From contig OZ244720.1 in the NCBI GenBank assembly GCA_965219085.1, forward strand, positions 2,144,001 to 2,208,000: a stretch of 64,000 nt of DNA, given 5' to 3'. Below, piece by piece: positions 27,350 through 36,699 of this stretch (the stretch's first letter is position 1; each line of letters opens with the position of its first letter). Both the position numbers and the translations under genes were made by a program. The notes under the pieces are model-generated. The model saw nothing but the letters and a program-made list of their open reading frames with translations. It had not been told where the DNA came from and made no database searches. Source of the DNA: Dehalococcoidia bacterium (lineage in GTDB: Bacteria; Chloroflexota; Dehalococcoidia; UBA2979).

Positions 27350-27478
27350 GGTGCGGGCGTCCTCCGTGCGGTAGTCGTGCAAGCGTACTGCCGAACCGGC
27401 GCGGACGCGCGCATGCCTGAGCACCGGCGCCGAGGCGCGCCCGTGTGCTTCAGTCGGGTGGCGACTACGCTCGATTGC

Positions 27479-28726
27479 ATGGCCGAGACGGCGATTCCCC
27501 CACCCGGCATCGAGCGCAGCCTGCGGCTGCTGCCGTGGTGGTGGGTGTTGCGCTGGGCCTGGCTCGGTGAGGGGATCTGGGTCATCTACCTGATCGAGGA
27601 CCGTGGCCTCACCCTCGGCCAGATTCTGCTCCTCGAAGCCGTGGTGTTCGGCGTGACGGTGCTCGCCGAGGTGCCCACGGGTATGGTCGCCGACCGCTAC
27701 ACACGACGATTGAGCATGCTCCTCGGTTCGGTCGTCGCCGCGGGGGGGTTCGTGGTGTTCGGACTGGCGAGCTCCATCGCGATGCTGATGGGCGCCTACG
27801 TGCTGTTTGCCGTCGGCGGCGCGCTGATGAGCGGCGCCGACGAGGCGTTCCTCTACGACTCGTTGCGCGCGGTGGGACGATCGAACGAGTTCGCCGGGGT
27901 CTTCGGCCGCTTCAACGCGCGGATGACGGTCGGCATCGCGTTTTTCACGGTGGCCGGTGGCCTCATGGTCATCTGGACGCCACTGTCGTGGCCGATTGTG
28001 GTGAGTGGCGTGCTGTCGTTGTTCGCCGCGGGATTCGCGCTGCTGCTCGTCGAGCCGCCGCGAGAACGGTCGGAGCGCTCGTTCCTGCGCATCGGCCGCA
28101 GCGCGGCCGGGCGCGTGCTGCAGACGCGCGCGCTGCGCTGGATCATCGTCGTCTCGGCGACGGTGCAGGGCATCGAGTTGGTGGCGTTCACGACGTTCCA
28201 GCCGATCCTCGTGGGCGAGGGCGTTCCGGTGTGGGCGCTTGGCTGGGTGGCGGCGGCAATGATGCTGGTCGCAGCGGCCGGCGGGTGGTCGTCGTGGCGG
28301 GTGCGGCAGGGCCTCGGCCTGAGCCGCTCGTTGGGCCTGCTGCCGGCGCTCGCCGCGCTCGGTATCCTCGGCGGCGCGAGCGGACTGCTCTGGCTGTTCC
28401 CCGTGTTCGCGTGCGCGATGTTCGTGCGCGAGGCGCTGCACCCGCTTGTCGTCGAGTACCTCTCGAGGCGCGTGCCGGACGGGGAGCGGGCGACCATGCT
28501 GTCGGTGCACCAGCTCGCGGCGTGGTGCGCGACGATCGGCATCTCACTCGGTCTCGGGCTTGCCGTCGACCGCGTCGGGCTCGGGCTGTCGCTCGGCGCG
28601 GCGAGCGTGGTGCTGCTCGTGATCGTGATCGCCGGCTACGCGCTGTGGCGCGCCGCGGGTGACCGCGAGCCGTTCCCCGCCGGGAGCGAGGAGAGCGCCG
28701 GCGGCGAGGTAGTCGAGGCACCCTAA
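27479..28726 (+). CDS. MFS transporter
   Basis: EVPTGMVADRYTRRLS, SGADEAFLYDSL, RATMLS. Confidence 0.88.
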   Translation: MAETAIPPPGIERSLRLLPWWWVLRWAWLGEGIWVIYLIEDRGLTLGQILLLEAVVFGVTVLAEVPTGMVADRYTRRLSMLLGSVVAAGGFVVFGLASSIAMLMGAYVLFAVGGALMSGADEAFLYDSLRAVGRSNEFAGVFGRFNARMTVGIAFFTVAGGLMVIWTPLSWPIVVSGVLSLFAAGFALLLVEPPRERSERSFLRIGRSAAGRVLQTRALRWIIVVSATVQGIELVAFTTFQPILVGEGVPVWALGWVAAAMMLVAAAGGWSSWRVRQGLGLSRSLGLLPALAALGILGGASGLLWLFPVFACAMFVREALHPLVVEYLSRRVPDGERATMLSVHQLAAWCATIGISLGLGLAVDRVGLGLSLGAASVVLLVIVIAGYALWRAAGDREPFPAGSEESAGGEVVEAP

Positions 28727-29175
28727 AGCTCCAACAACTCACCGCGCTCACTCACCTCTATCTGGCTGACAATTAGCTGACGGACTGTGTGCCGCCCTCC
28801 CTGCGAAACGTGAGCAACAACGACCTTGCCTCGCTGGGGCTGTCCGACTGCGGGACACCGACCGATGTCTCGTACGGCGAGCACACACTCAGCGAGGGTA
28901 GCTATCAGTTCACCCTCGTCGATGCGCCCCTGCACTTTGAGGTGCCCGCAGGCCTCCGGCTTGAAGTCGTGGGCTTCGTGGTCTCCGACGCTGCAGAAGG
29001 GGGTTCATCCAGCGTTGGGCTTATCCTGCGCAACACGGCGGGCAGGTCGTGGATCTGCCTGGACGTGGAGGAAGCGGAGGAGTGCAACCGCTGGGTGTCC
29101 GTCTCGAACGCAGGGACGGTCGAGCCGCTGCTCGACCGCCTCGCCGAATCCGCCTGGATGGGTGAAGCACCATGA
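28726..29175 (+). pseudogene. 5'-truncated LRR-protein fragment (paralogue of the downstream gene)
   Basis: Reads KLQQLTALTHLYLADN*LTDCVPPSLRNVSNNDLASLGLSDC with TAG at 28774, then a C-terminal domain resembling that of 29172-30560. Confidence 0.75.
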
Positions 29176-30560
29176 AGTTGAGCCTCCTGGCCGCGACGCT
29201 CGTGCTGGCCGCCATGCTGCTCGGCGTGTCCGCAGGCGAGGGACTTCCCCGTGCCGACGCTGCCGACGACGCCGGCGGGGAGGTCATCGTCGAGCTCCGT
29301 ATCTGGCAGGACGTGAACGACGAGCAGAACCTGCACGTGAGCGCCCGCCTGCAAGGGGGCAGGTGGGACGCACACGGGACGCGGGCGGTCCAGTTGCAGT
29401 ATGGGCTGGGCGGCCTGGGGAGGTACAACTACGACACGCTATCGATCGGCGGTGTGGAGCTGGGTATCTGGCAGCGGAAGCCGCAGGCTCCGGGTGCGTA
29501 CCGCATTGACGTGGTGCGAGACCCGTACTACGGCTACCGGTTTGTCCAGGTGGAAGATGAGGAGCGGGATTCGGGTCCCCTCCCTGTCTTCGTGCGGGCC
29601 TGCGGCAAGGAGTGTGCCGTGGGTTGGTGGGAGTTTCGCGCGGCTTGGCAGGAGTTGGGGGCCGTGCGGCTCCTGCTCGATGACGGCCACAGCCCGAGCG
29701 GCCGGTACCGCTACGGCGACATGACTATCGCAGTGTTGCCCACTTCCGGACTCCTCGCGGATCGCGAGTACCTGCTGGCGCTGCGCGACCCGCTCGCGGG
29801 TACCGGCGCGCTGAATTGGAGCGCGGGAACCCCGGTTGCGCAGTGGGAAGGGGTCGTGGTCGAGGGGGCTCCGCCGCGCGTTACGGCGTTGCGGCTGACA
29901 GGCCTCGGGCTGGCCGGCGAGATGTGGGGCTGGCTGGCCGACCTTACCGAGCTGCGAGAGCTCTGGCTGGACGACAACCCCCTCCTCAGGGGCGGGATTC
30001 CATCGAAGCTGATGAACCTGGAAAAGCTCACGCATCTGTACCTCGGTGGTGACCGCCTGTCGGGGTGCGTCCCGCCGCCACTGCTGGCCGTGCCCAACAA
30101 CAACCTCGACCGGGTGGACTTGCGGCCGTGCCCTCCTGTGGCACAGGTGAGCAGAGCGTGGGGTCGCGACGGGTTCGTGTTCAGAGGGGGCAACTACGAC
30201 GGTGGCGGAGTGGGCGGCTTTGACGTTGGTGGGGCGGGCACCTACTTGTTCAGGACCCGGGGTATGGTCTTCGACATGCCCGTGCGCGCCTGGCTGACGG
30301 TGGCCTGGTCGGAAGCCCTGGCTACCCCGACGATGGGTGACATCGACCCAGGGCCTCCAGGCGAGTCCTACAACTGCCTCCAGGTCTACGGGGGCTTAGG
30401 CGGGCCATTTCTGGTCGACTATGTCACCGGGGCCTGGATCGCCTATTACGACACCGGCGAGGAGTGTGAGCGGCACGTTCCACCGCAACTCCCGCAGTAC
30501 GAGGCAATCTTCGATCAACTCAGCGCGTCGCTCTGGGTACCCCGGAGGGCTCCATGGTGA
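29172..30560 (+). CDS. Secreted protein with a short leucine-rich-repeat block
   Basis: Signal peptide; LNWS..PV..WEGV cap; LTELRELWLDDN, LEKLTHLYL, GCVP. Confidence 0.8.
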   Translation: MKLSLLAATLVLAAMLLGVSAGEGLPRADAADDAGGEVIVELRIWQDVNDEQNLHVSARLQGGRWDAHGTRAVQLQYGLGGLGRYNYDTLSIGGVELGIWQRKPQAPGAYRIDVVRDPYYGYRFVQVEDEERDSGPLPVFVRACGKECAVGWWEFRAAWQELGAVRLLLDDGHSPSGRYRYGDMTIAVLPTSGLLADREYLLALRDPLAGTGALNWSAGTPVAQWEGVVVEGAPPRVTALRLTGLGLAGEMWGWLADLTELRELWLDDNPLLRGGIPSKLMNLEKLTHLYLGGDRLSGCVPPPLLAVPNNNLDRVDLRPCPPVAQVSRAWGRDGFVFRGGNYDGGGVGGFDVGGAGTYLFRTRGMVFDMPVRAWLTVAWSEALATPTMGDIDPGPPGESYNCLQVYGGLGGPFLVDYVTGAWIAYYDTGEECERHVPPQLPQYEAIFDQLSASLWVPRRAPW

Positions 30561-30656
30561 GTACCCCGGAGGGCTCCATGGTGAGTACCCCGGAGGGCTC
30601 CATGGTGAGTACCCCGGAGGGCTCCATGGTGAGTACCCCGGAGGGCTCCATGGTGA
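30537..30656. repeat. 24-bp perfect tandem repeat x5
   Basis: Unit GTACCCCGGAGGGCTCCATGGTGA; the first unit supplies the last codons and stop of the LRR gene. Confidence 0.95.
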
Positions 30657-30671
30657 TGAAGCGCTTGCCCT

Positions 30672-30821
30672 GGTGGTCGGTCGGGAACGAACGAGTCCGG
30701 CGTGAGCGCGAGCATGATGTCGGCCTGACGCTCGGCGTCGCCTCGCATGGGGCAGCCTCCAGGCTACGCTCCCGCCGCCCCCACCCTCCTGCCAGACGGC
30801 CTCGCCTTTTTCAGCAGCCTG
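30672..30821 (-). mobile_element. Left-end remnant of an IS5-family element related to 10072-11364
   Basis: CAGGCTGCTGAAAAAG end flanked by CTAA; MRGDAERQADIMLALTPDSFVPD matches the transposase N-terminus, then breaks off. Confidence 0.9.
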
Positions 30822-30825
30822 TTAG

Positions 30826-30870
30826 GTGCCCTCAAATGCCCTGAAGTGCCCTGAAGTGCCCTTAAGTGCC
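30826..30870. repeat. 10-bp tandem repeat x4.5
   Basis: gtgccctcaa atgccctgaa gtgccctgaa gtgcccttaa gtgcc. Confidence 0.8.
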
Positions 30871-30871
30871 G

Positions 30872-30899
30872 AGCCCCGGGGCGGGGGATCCCCGGGGCT
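30872..30899. terminator. GC-rich hairpin downstream of hsp20
   Basis: AGCCCCGGGG-N8-CCCCGGGGCT. Confidence 0.55.
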
Positions 30900-30921
30900 G
30901 GCGAGTCGATCGTCCGCGCCG

Positions 30922-31359
30922 TTAGCTGGTGCGGATCTCGATCTGGCGGGGCTGCGGCTGCTCCTGCAGCGGCAGGCTCAGCGTCAGCACGCCGTCGGTG
31001 AGCTCCGCGTCCACCTCGGCGTCCTGCACGACGTCCGGCAGGGCGATGCGACGGCTCACGGAGCTGATGTGACGCTCACGCCGGTACCAGCGCCCCTCGC
31101 TGGTCTCGTCCGCGGCGGCGTGCTTCGCGTTGATCGAGAGCACGCCCTCGTGGACCTGGATGTCGATGTCGTCCTTGTCGAAGCCGGGCAGCGACGCCCG
31201 CACCTGGAGCTTGCCGTCGCGCTCGTAGATGTCGACGGGCAGGGCGCCCTCGTCCCACGAGTGGGTGTGGATGGGCTTGAAGAACGACTCGTCGAAGAGC
31301 CGGTCCATCACCTGGCGCATCCCCACGAACGGGTCGCGACGAACCATGATGTCTGCCAT
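30922..31359 (-). CDS. Hsp20/alpha-crystallin small heat-shock protein
   Basis: LPVDIYE, ASLPG, YRRER, DAELTDGVLTL, IEI tail; GGAAAGGA Shine-Dalgarno. Confidence 0.92.
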   Translation of the reverse strand: MADIMVRRDPFVGMRQVMDRLFDESFFKPIHTHSWDEGALPVDIYERDGKLQVRASLPGFDKDDIDIQVHEGVLSINAKHAAADETSEGRWYRRERHISSVSRRIALPDVVQDAEVDAELTDGVLTLSLPLQEQPQPRQIEIRTS

Positions 31360-31502
31360 TGCTGTGTCCTTTCCTTCGTTCCTGTCCCGTGGCCGGCTCC
31401 GCCGGCCGAGCGTCCGATGTGTCCTCGGAACGCCGCTTGCTGAGGATTGCCGGGGCACAGCGCGCGGTCGGATCAGCGCGCTTGACCCGGTGACGTGCGG
31501 GC

Positions 31503-31643
31503 CTAGTTGAAGCCGAACGGCGGGCTCTGCACCGCCGCGCCCACGCGCACGAGCGCTACCTGCAGGTCGGCGGGCGAAAGCTGGCTGGGCTGTGCCGAGC
31601 CGTCCGCGCGCCGTACTGCCTCGATGTAGCTGGTCAGGTTCAA
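31503..31643 (-). CDS. Putative 46-aa small protein upstream of hsp20
   Basis: AGGAGG 6 nt before a TTG start; MNLTSYIEAVRRADGSAQPSQLSPADLQVALVRVGAAVQSPPFGFN; below the ORF-track size cut-off. Confidence 0.45.
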   Translation of the reverse strand: MNLTSYIEAVRRADGSAQPSQLSPADLQVALVRVGAAVQSPPFGFN

Positions 31644-31792
31644 ACGGTTCCTCCTGTGCGTGCCCGACTGGGGTGTCGGGCGGCCACTCGCTCACTTCCG
31701 GTGTGCTCTTCGGTCCGCGTGTTCGTTACCTGATCGTGTCCTTCTTGTGCATGAACAGGATGATATGTGCTGGCTCTTGCGATGTCAATACT

Positions 31793-31813
31793 CCTGAGTG
31801 GGAGACGCTCAAG
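31793..31813. promoter_or_regulatory. HAIR (HspR-associated inverted repeat)
   Basis: CCTGAGT-N7-GCTCAAG vs consensus CTTGAGT-N7-ACTCAAG; lies between divergent hsp20 and dnaJ-hspR-clp. Confidence 0.8.
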
Positions 31814-31854
31814 TAATCTAGTGACCGCACGGCCCCTTCTGCTATAGTACAGCC

Positions 31855-32964
31855 ATGGCACGAGACTTCTACGAGGTCCTCGGGGTGCCGCGTGGCGCCA
31901 GCGACAAGGAGATCCGCTCCGCGTTCCGCAAGCTCGCGCGCCAGTACCACCCCGACGTCAATCCCGGCGACACCGACGCCGAGGAGCGCTTCAAGGCAAT
32001 CTCGGAGGCCAACTCGGTGCTCTCCAACCCCGAGACGCGCGCCGCCTACGACCGCTACGGCGATCGCTGGCGCGACGCCGGGCAGATCGAGGAGATGCGA
32101 CGCCGCGGCGCGGGCGGCCCCTTCGGCGGCAGCCCGTTCGGGTTTGGCGGCGAGGGCGCCCGGACCTTCGAGTTCAACGTCGGCGACCTCGGCGGCGACG
32201 GGCCAGGTGGGCCGGGTGGCTTCGGCGGGATCTTCGACGGCCTCTTCGGCCGCGGCGCCGACGCCCCACGCGCCCCTCGCGCGCCGCGGCGAGGCCGCGA
32301 CATCGACCACCCCGTCGAGGTCTCGCTCCAGGAGGCATACGAGGGCACGAAGCGCACGATCGAGCTGGTCGACGGCGCCGCCCCGTGCACCATCTGCGGC
32401 GGCTCCGGCAGCCTTGCCGGAGCGACCTGCCACAGTTGCCGCGGCAGCGGGAGCGCCGGCGCCACCCGGCGACTCGAGGTGACGATCCCCGCCGGCATCC
32501 GCAGCGACCAGCGCGTGCGCGTGCGCGGCAAGGGCGAGCCGAGCCCGCGCGGCGCGGAACCGGGTGACCTGTTCCTCGTGGTCACCGTGCGCCGCGATCC
32601 GCGCTTCGAGCGCCGCGGCGACGACCTGCACGTCGACGTCGATGTCCCCGTGACGGTCGCCGCGCTCGGCGGCGAGGTGCGGGTGCCGACGCTCAAGGGG
32701 CGGGCGCTCGCGCTCACGATCCCCGCCGGCACACGCAGCGGCCGCACGTTCCGCCTCGCCGGGCAGGGCATGCCGCGGCGCGACGGCGCCGGCTTCGGCG
32801 ACCTGCACGCCCGCGCGCTGCTCCAGCTCCCCGAGCGCCTCAGCGCGGAGCAACTCGAACTGCTTGAGCGCCTGCGCGCGACCGAGGGCGCCACCGAGGC
32901 ACCGATGGAGGACGGCGACGCGGACGCCCCCACGCCCGACGAGGAGGCCGGGGTCGCGTCGTAA
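31855..32964 (+). CDS. dnaJ: DnaJ-family co-chaperone
   Basis: HPD J-domain, G/F-rich region, two CxxCxGxG motifs, DnaJ C-terminal domain. Confidence 0.9.
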   Translation: MARDFYEVLGVPRGASDKEIRSAFRKLARQYHPDVNPGDTDAEERFKAISEANSVLSNPETRAAYDRYGDRWRDAGQIEEMRRRGAGGPFGGSPFGFGGEGARTFEFNVGDLGGDGPGGPGGFGGIFDGLFGRGADAPRAPRAPRRGRDIDHPVEVSLQEAYEGTKRTIELVDGAAPCTICGGSGSLAGATCHSCRGSGSAGATRRLEVTIPAGIRSDQRVRVRGKGEPSPRGAEPGDLFLVVTVRRDPRFERRGDDLHVDVDVPVTVAALGGEVRVPTLKGRALALTIPAGTRSGRTFRLAGQGMPRRDGAGFGDLHARALLQLPERLSAEQLELLERLRATEGATEAPMEDGDADAPTPDEEAGVAS

Positions 32965-33011
32965 GGCGGGCCAGGGCCTCCCGTATCGAACGGAACGAAT
33001 GAAGGCGAACG

Positions 33012-33368
33012 ATGACGAACTTCCCGCAGGACGAGCCGGTCTTCCAGATCTCGATCGTGGCGCGCATGGTCGGCGTCCACCAGCAGACGCTGCGCACCTA
33101 CGAGCGCATGGGGCTCGTCGCGCCGGCGCGCAGCCGCGGCAACCGGCGGCTCTACTCGCAGCGCGACGTCGAGGTGCTGCTGCGTTTGCGCCAGTACGTC
33201 GAGGACCTCGGCGTGAACCTAGCGGGCGCCGAGGTGCTGCTGCGGCTCAACCGCCGCGTCGAAGAGCTGCAGCAGGAGCTCGACGCGACGCGCAGGGAGC
33301 TCGCGCGGGTACACGCGCTGCTGGAAGAGCGCACCGCGAGCCGGACTGATGACGCGACACCGACATAA
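33012..33368 (+). CDS. hspR: HspR (MerR-family) heat-shock repressor
   Basis: ISIVARMVGVHQQTLRTYERMGL..P.RS.G..RLYS, LGVNLAG; located between dnaJ and clp. Confidence 0.88.
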   Translation: MTNFPQDEPVFQISIVARMVGVHQQTLRTYERMGLVAPARSRGNRRLYSQRDVEVLLRLRQYVEDLGVNLAGAEVLLRLNRRVEELQQELDATRRELARVHALLEERTASRTDDATPT

Positions 33369-33410
33369 CCATGGCCAGGACGAGACGAAGCACGCAGAGG
33401 CGGTGCAGCG

Positions 33411-35852
33411 ATGATGAGACAGGACCGGTTCACGGAGCAGGCGCAGGCGGTACTCCAGTCCTCGCAGCAGCTCGTGCGCGACCAGCGCCACGCACAGTGG
33501 GACGTCGAGCACGTCTTCCTCGCGATCGCGACGATGCCGGACGGCGTCGCGCGCGACGTGCTGGACGACCTCGGCGTCAACGCCGCGGCGCTCGTGGCGC
33601 GCATCCAGCGCCACCTCGACCAGTCGCCCAGGCTCAGCCACGACGTGGTGCAGATCTACACGACGCCGCGCATCGTGCGGCTGCTCGAGGCCGCCAACAC
33701 CGAGGCCGACCGGCTCAAGGATCAGTTCGTCGGCGTCGAGCACCTGCTCATCGCCATCGCCGACATCCGCGACGGCGAGGCGGCGGCGATCTTCGAGGAG
33801 TACCAGGTCTCCAGGGAGCGCATCTACGCGTCTCTCCAGAAGATCCGCGGCAGCGCGCGCGTCGACTCCCCGACGGCCGACTCGCAGTACCAGGCGCTCA
33901 GCCGCTACTCGACGGACCTCACGCAGCTCGCCCGCGACGACGAGCTCGACCCCGTGATCGGCCGCGAGGTGGAGTGCGAGCGCGTGATGCAGGTGCTCAA
34001 CCGCCGCACGAAGAACAACCCCGTGCTGATCGGCGAGGCCGGCGTCGGCAAGACGGCCATCGTCGAGGGCCTCGCGCAGCGCATCGCCGCCGGCGAGGCG
34101 CCCGAGCGGCTGCGCGACAAGTCCGTGCTCGCCCTCGACATGGGCGCGCTGGTGGCCGGCTCGAAGTTCCGCGGCGAGTTCGAGGAGCGCCTACAGTCCG
34201 TGATGCGCGAGGTGCGCGAGTCGAAGGGCGAGATCATCCTCTTCCTCGACGAGATCCACCAGCTCGTCGGGGCCGGCGGCGCCGAGGGCGCCATCGACGC
34301 CTCGAACATGATGAAGCCCGCGCTCGCGCGCGGTGAGCTGCACGTGATCGGCGCGACCACGCTCGACGAGTACCGCAAGATCGAGGCCGACCCGGCGCTC
34401 GAGCGGCGCTTCTCGCCCGTCTACGTCGACGAGCCGAGCGTCGAGGAGGCCGTCGAGATCCTGCGCGGGCTGCGCGCTCGCTACGAGGAGCACCACGGCC
34501 TGCGCATCACCGACGAGGCGCTCGACGCCGCAGTGCAACTGAGCGCGCGCTACCTGACCGAGCGCCAGCTCCCCGACAAGGCGATCGACCTCATCGACGA
34601 GGCGGCCTCGCGCCATGTGATCCTCGCCGAGTCGCTGCCCGGCGACGTGCGCGACCTCAAGCAGCGGCTGCAGGAGGCGTCGGACCGCCTCGACGCGGCA
34701 GCGGCGCGCGAGGACTTCGAGGAGGCGGCGCGTATCAAGCAGGAGGTCCTGCACATCCAGGACGAGTACCGCTCCAGCGAGACGGAGTGGCGCTCCGAGG
34801 CGGGCGTCTCCGACGAGGTGACCGAGTCCGACATCGCCGCGCTGATCGCGCAGATGACCGGCATCCCCGTCGACCGCATGCTCGAGGGCGAGGCCGAGAA
34901 GCTGCTGCACATGGAGGAGGCGCTGCACGGCCGCGTCGTGGGCCAGGACCAGGCGATCGTGACCCTCGCCGACGCGATCCGGCGGGCGCGCTCCGGCCTC
35001 AAGGACCCGCGGCGGCCGATCGGCTCCTTCATCTTCCTCGGGCCCACCGGGGTGGGGAAGACGGAGCTGGCGAAGGCGCTGGCCGAGTACATGTTCAACG
35101 ACGAGGACGCGCTGCTGCGCCTCGATATGTCCGAGTACCAGGAGCGCCACACCGTCTCGCGGCTCGTCGGCGCCCCTCCGGGCTACATCGGCTTCGACCA
35201 GGCCGGCGGCCTCACCGAGGCCGTGCGGCGTCGGCCGTACCAGGTGGTGCTGTTCGACGAGATCGAGAAGGCCCACCCCGACGTATTCAACGCGCTGCTC
35301 CAGATCCTCGAGGACGGCAGGCTCACGGATACCCACGGCCGCACGGTCGACTTCCGCAACACGGTGGTCATCCTCACCTCGAACCTCGGTACGACGGGGC
35401 CGAGGGGGACGATCGGGTTCGGGCGGACGCGCAGCGACGACGAGCGTGAGACGCGCCGCCGCAACGTCGACGAGGCGCTCAAGCAGGCGTTCCGGCCCGA
35501 GTTCCTCAACCGCCTCGACGAGATCATCGTGTTCGAGGCGCTGACGGCAGCGGAGATCGCGCAGGTCGCCGACCTGCTGCTCGCCGAGGTGAGCGAGCGG
35601 CTGGCCGAGCGGCGCATCGACTTCCGGGTGACCGAGGCGGCGAAGGCGGCGCTGGTGGAAGAGGGCTTCGACCCCGACTTCGGGGCGCGGCCGCTGCGCC
35701 GCACGATCCAGCGCCGGATCGAGAACGAGCTGGCGCGGCGTGTCCTCGCCGGCGAGTTCGCCGAGGGCGACGTGGTCGTCGTCGGCCGCGACGAGGGCGG
35801 CGCGGAGTACACGTTCAGCGCGGAGCGGGCGCGCGCGGAGGTGGCCGTATAA
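33411..35852 (+). CDS. clpC: Class I Clp ATPase, ClpC-type
   Basis: Clp_N repeats, GEAGVGKT and GPTGVGKT, short middle domain, IGF loop (GTIGFG); 813 aa. Confidence 0.75.
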   Translation: MMRQDRFTEQAQAVLQSSQQLVRDQRHAQWDVEHVFLAIATMPDGVARDVLDDLGVNAAALVARIQRHLDQSPRLSHDVVQIYTTPRIVRLLEAANTEADRLKDQFVGVEHLLIAIADIRDGEAAAIFEEYQVSRERIYASLQKIRGSARVDSPTADSQYQALSRYSTDLTQLARDDELDPVIGREVECERVMQVLNRRTKNNPVLIGEAGVGKTAIVEGLAQRIAAGEAPERLRDKSVLALDMGALVAGSKFRGEFEERLQSVMREVRESKGEIILFLDEIHQLVGAGGAEGAIDASNMMKPALARGELHVIGATTLDEYRKIEADPALERRFSPVYVDEPSVEEAVEILRGLRARYEEHHGLRITDEALDAAVQLSARYLTERQLPDKAIDLIDEAASRHVILAESLPGDVRDLKQRLQEASDRLDAAAAREDFEEAARIKQEVLHIQDEYRSSETEWRSEAGVSDEVTESDIAALIAQMTGIPVDRMLEGEAEKLLHMEEALHGRVVGQDQAIVTLADAIRRARSGLKDPRRPIGSFIFLGPTGVGKTELAKALAEYMFNDEDALLRLDMSEYQERHTVSRLVGAPPGYIGFDQAGGLTEAVRRRPYQVVLFDEIEKAHPDVFNALLQILEDGRLTDTHGRTVDFRNTVVILTSNLGTTGPRGTIGFGRTRSDDERETRRRNVDEALKQAFRPEFLNRLDEIIVFEALTAAEIAQVADLLLAEVSERLAERRIDFRVTEAAKAALVEEGFDPDFGARPLRRTIQRRIENELARRVLAGEFAEGDVVVVGRDEGGAEYTFSAERARAEVAV

Positions 35853-35878
35853 CACGTCGGCGCGGCGCCAGGTTCGGC

Positions 35879-35907
35879 TTGACAGCCTGCCGGACACGTA
35901 GCATGAT
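35879..35907 (+). promoter_or_regulatory. Sigma70-like promoter of the NYN gene
   Basis: TTGACA-N17-CATGAT. Confidence 0.55.
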
Positions 35908-35993
35908 TTGGTCAATCTTCCCCGCCCTGCTCCGAAAGGCGCCGTGGCGGGGTTGTTGCGTTAAGGGGAGAGTGCGGAAAGGGGACAGAGCAC

Positions 35994-36590
35994 ATCCAGC
36001 GTGTAATCGTTCTCTTTGACGCCCAGAACTTCTACCGGGGCGCACGTCGTGCTTTCTTCGACGACCGTTTAGATCCTGCGCGGCTCGGCCAGTTCTGGCC
36101 TCGGGCGGCGGCTGACCTGATCGTGACACGGGACGAAGGTCGTTCACTGAGAGAAGTTCGGGCCTACACCGGTCGCCCGGACCGCGCCAGGGATGCCCGT
36201 GGTAACGCTGCGCACATGCGCCAGTCCGCGGCATGGGCGCACTCAGGCGTCGACGTGCGCTGGCGACTGTTGAGCTACCCGCGCGACTGGCCCAGGTCCC
36301 CACCGCGAGAGAAGGGTGTCGATGTCGCCATCGCGACTGACATCGTGGCGCTGTCCTTGCGACGCGTGTGTGACGTCATCGTTGTGGCGTCCGCTGACAC
36401 TGACTTGCGGCCAGCTATTGAAGAGGCGCGACTCCGCACGGACGTCACAATCGAGGTCGCCGCGTGGTGGGGTGAGCGCTCGAGGCAGCGGCTCGCCGTG
36501 CCTGGCTCCAACCTCTGGTGTCACTGGTTGAGGCGCGACGACTACGACCGGGTGCGGGACGACACGCCCTACAGGGTCGGCCGCAGATAA
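35994..36590 (+). CDS. NYN-domain (PIN-like) ribonuclease; start codon non-canonical (ATC) or mutated
   Basis: The frame extends upstream of the track's 36123 start: QRVIVLFDAQNFY...EKGVDVAIATD...ASADTDLRPAI. Confidence 0.75.
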   Translation: MQRVIVLFDAQNFYRGARRAFFDDRLDPARLGQFWPRAAADLIVTRDEGRSLREVRAYTGRPDRARDARGNAAHMRQSAAWAHSGVDVRWRLLSYPRDWPRSPPREKGVDVAIATDIVALSLRRVCDVIVVASADTDLRPAIEEARLRTDVTIEVAAWWGERSRQRLAVPGSNLWCHWLRRDDYDRVRDDTPYRVGRR

Positions 36591-36699
36591 CCCGTCGACC
36601 CGCCGGTGTTCGGCGCGAGCCGTTGCCTGCCCCCGCCCGCCCTCCGATAATCGATCCGCACACCACCAACCCGCTCCCGCACACCGCACGGAGACCATC

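Noticed and set aside
20192-28776. TAG read-through (pyrrolysine or recoding) in the acyl-CoA dehydrogenase and the LRR fragment
   Set aside because: Both genes have other lesions, and TAG is a common normal stop in this window
30537-30656. CRISPR array or repeat-peptide gene
   Set aside because: No spacers; the open frames simply follow from a 24-bp unit
35810-36625. clpC tail duplication around the NYN gene
   Set aside because: Only short gapped similarity (gttcagcgcggagc vs gttcggcgcgagc), compatible with chance at this GC content
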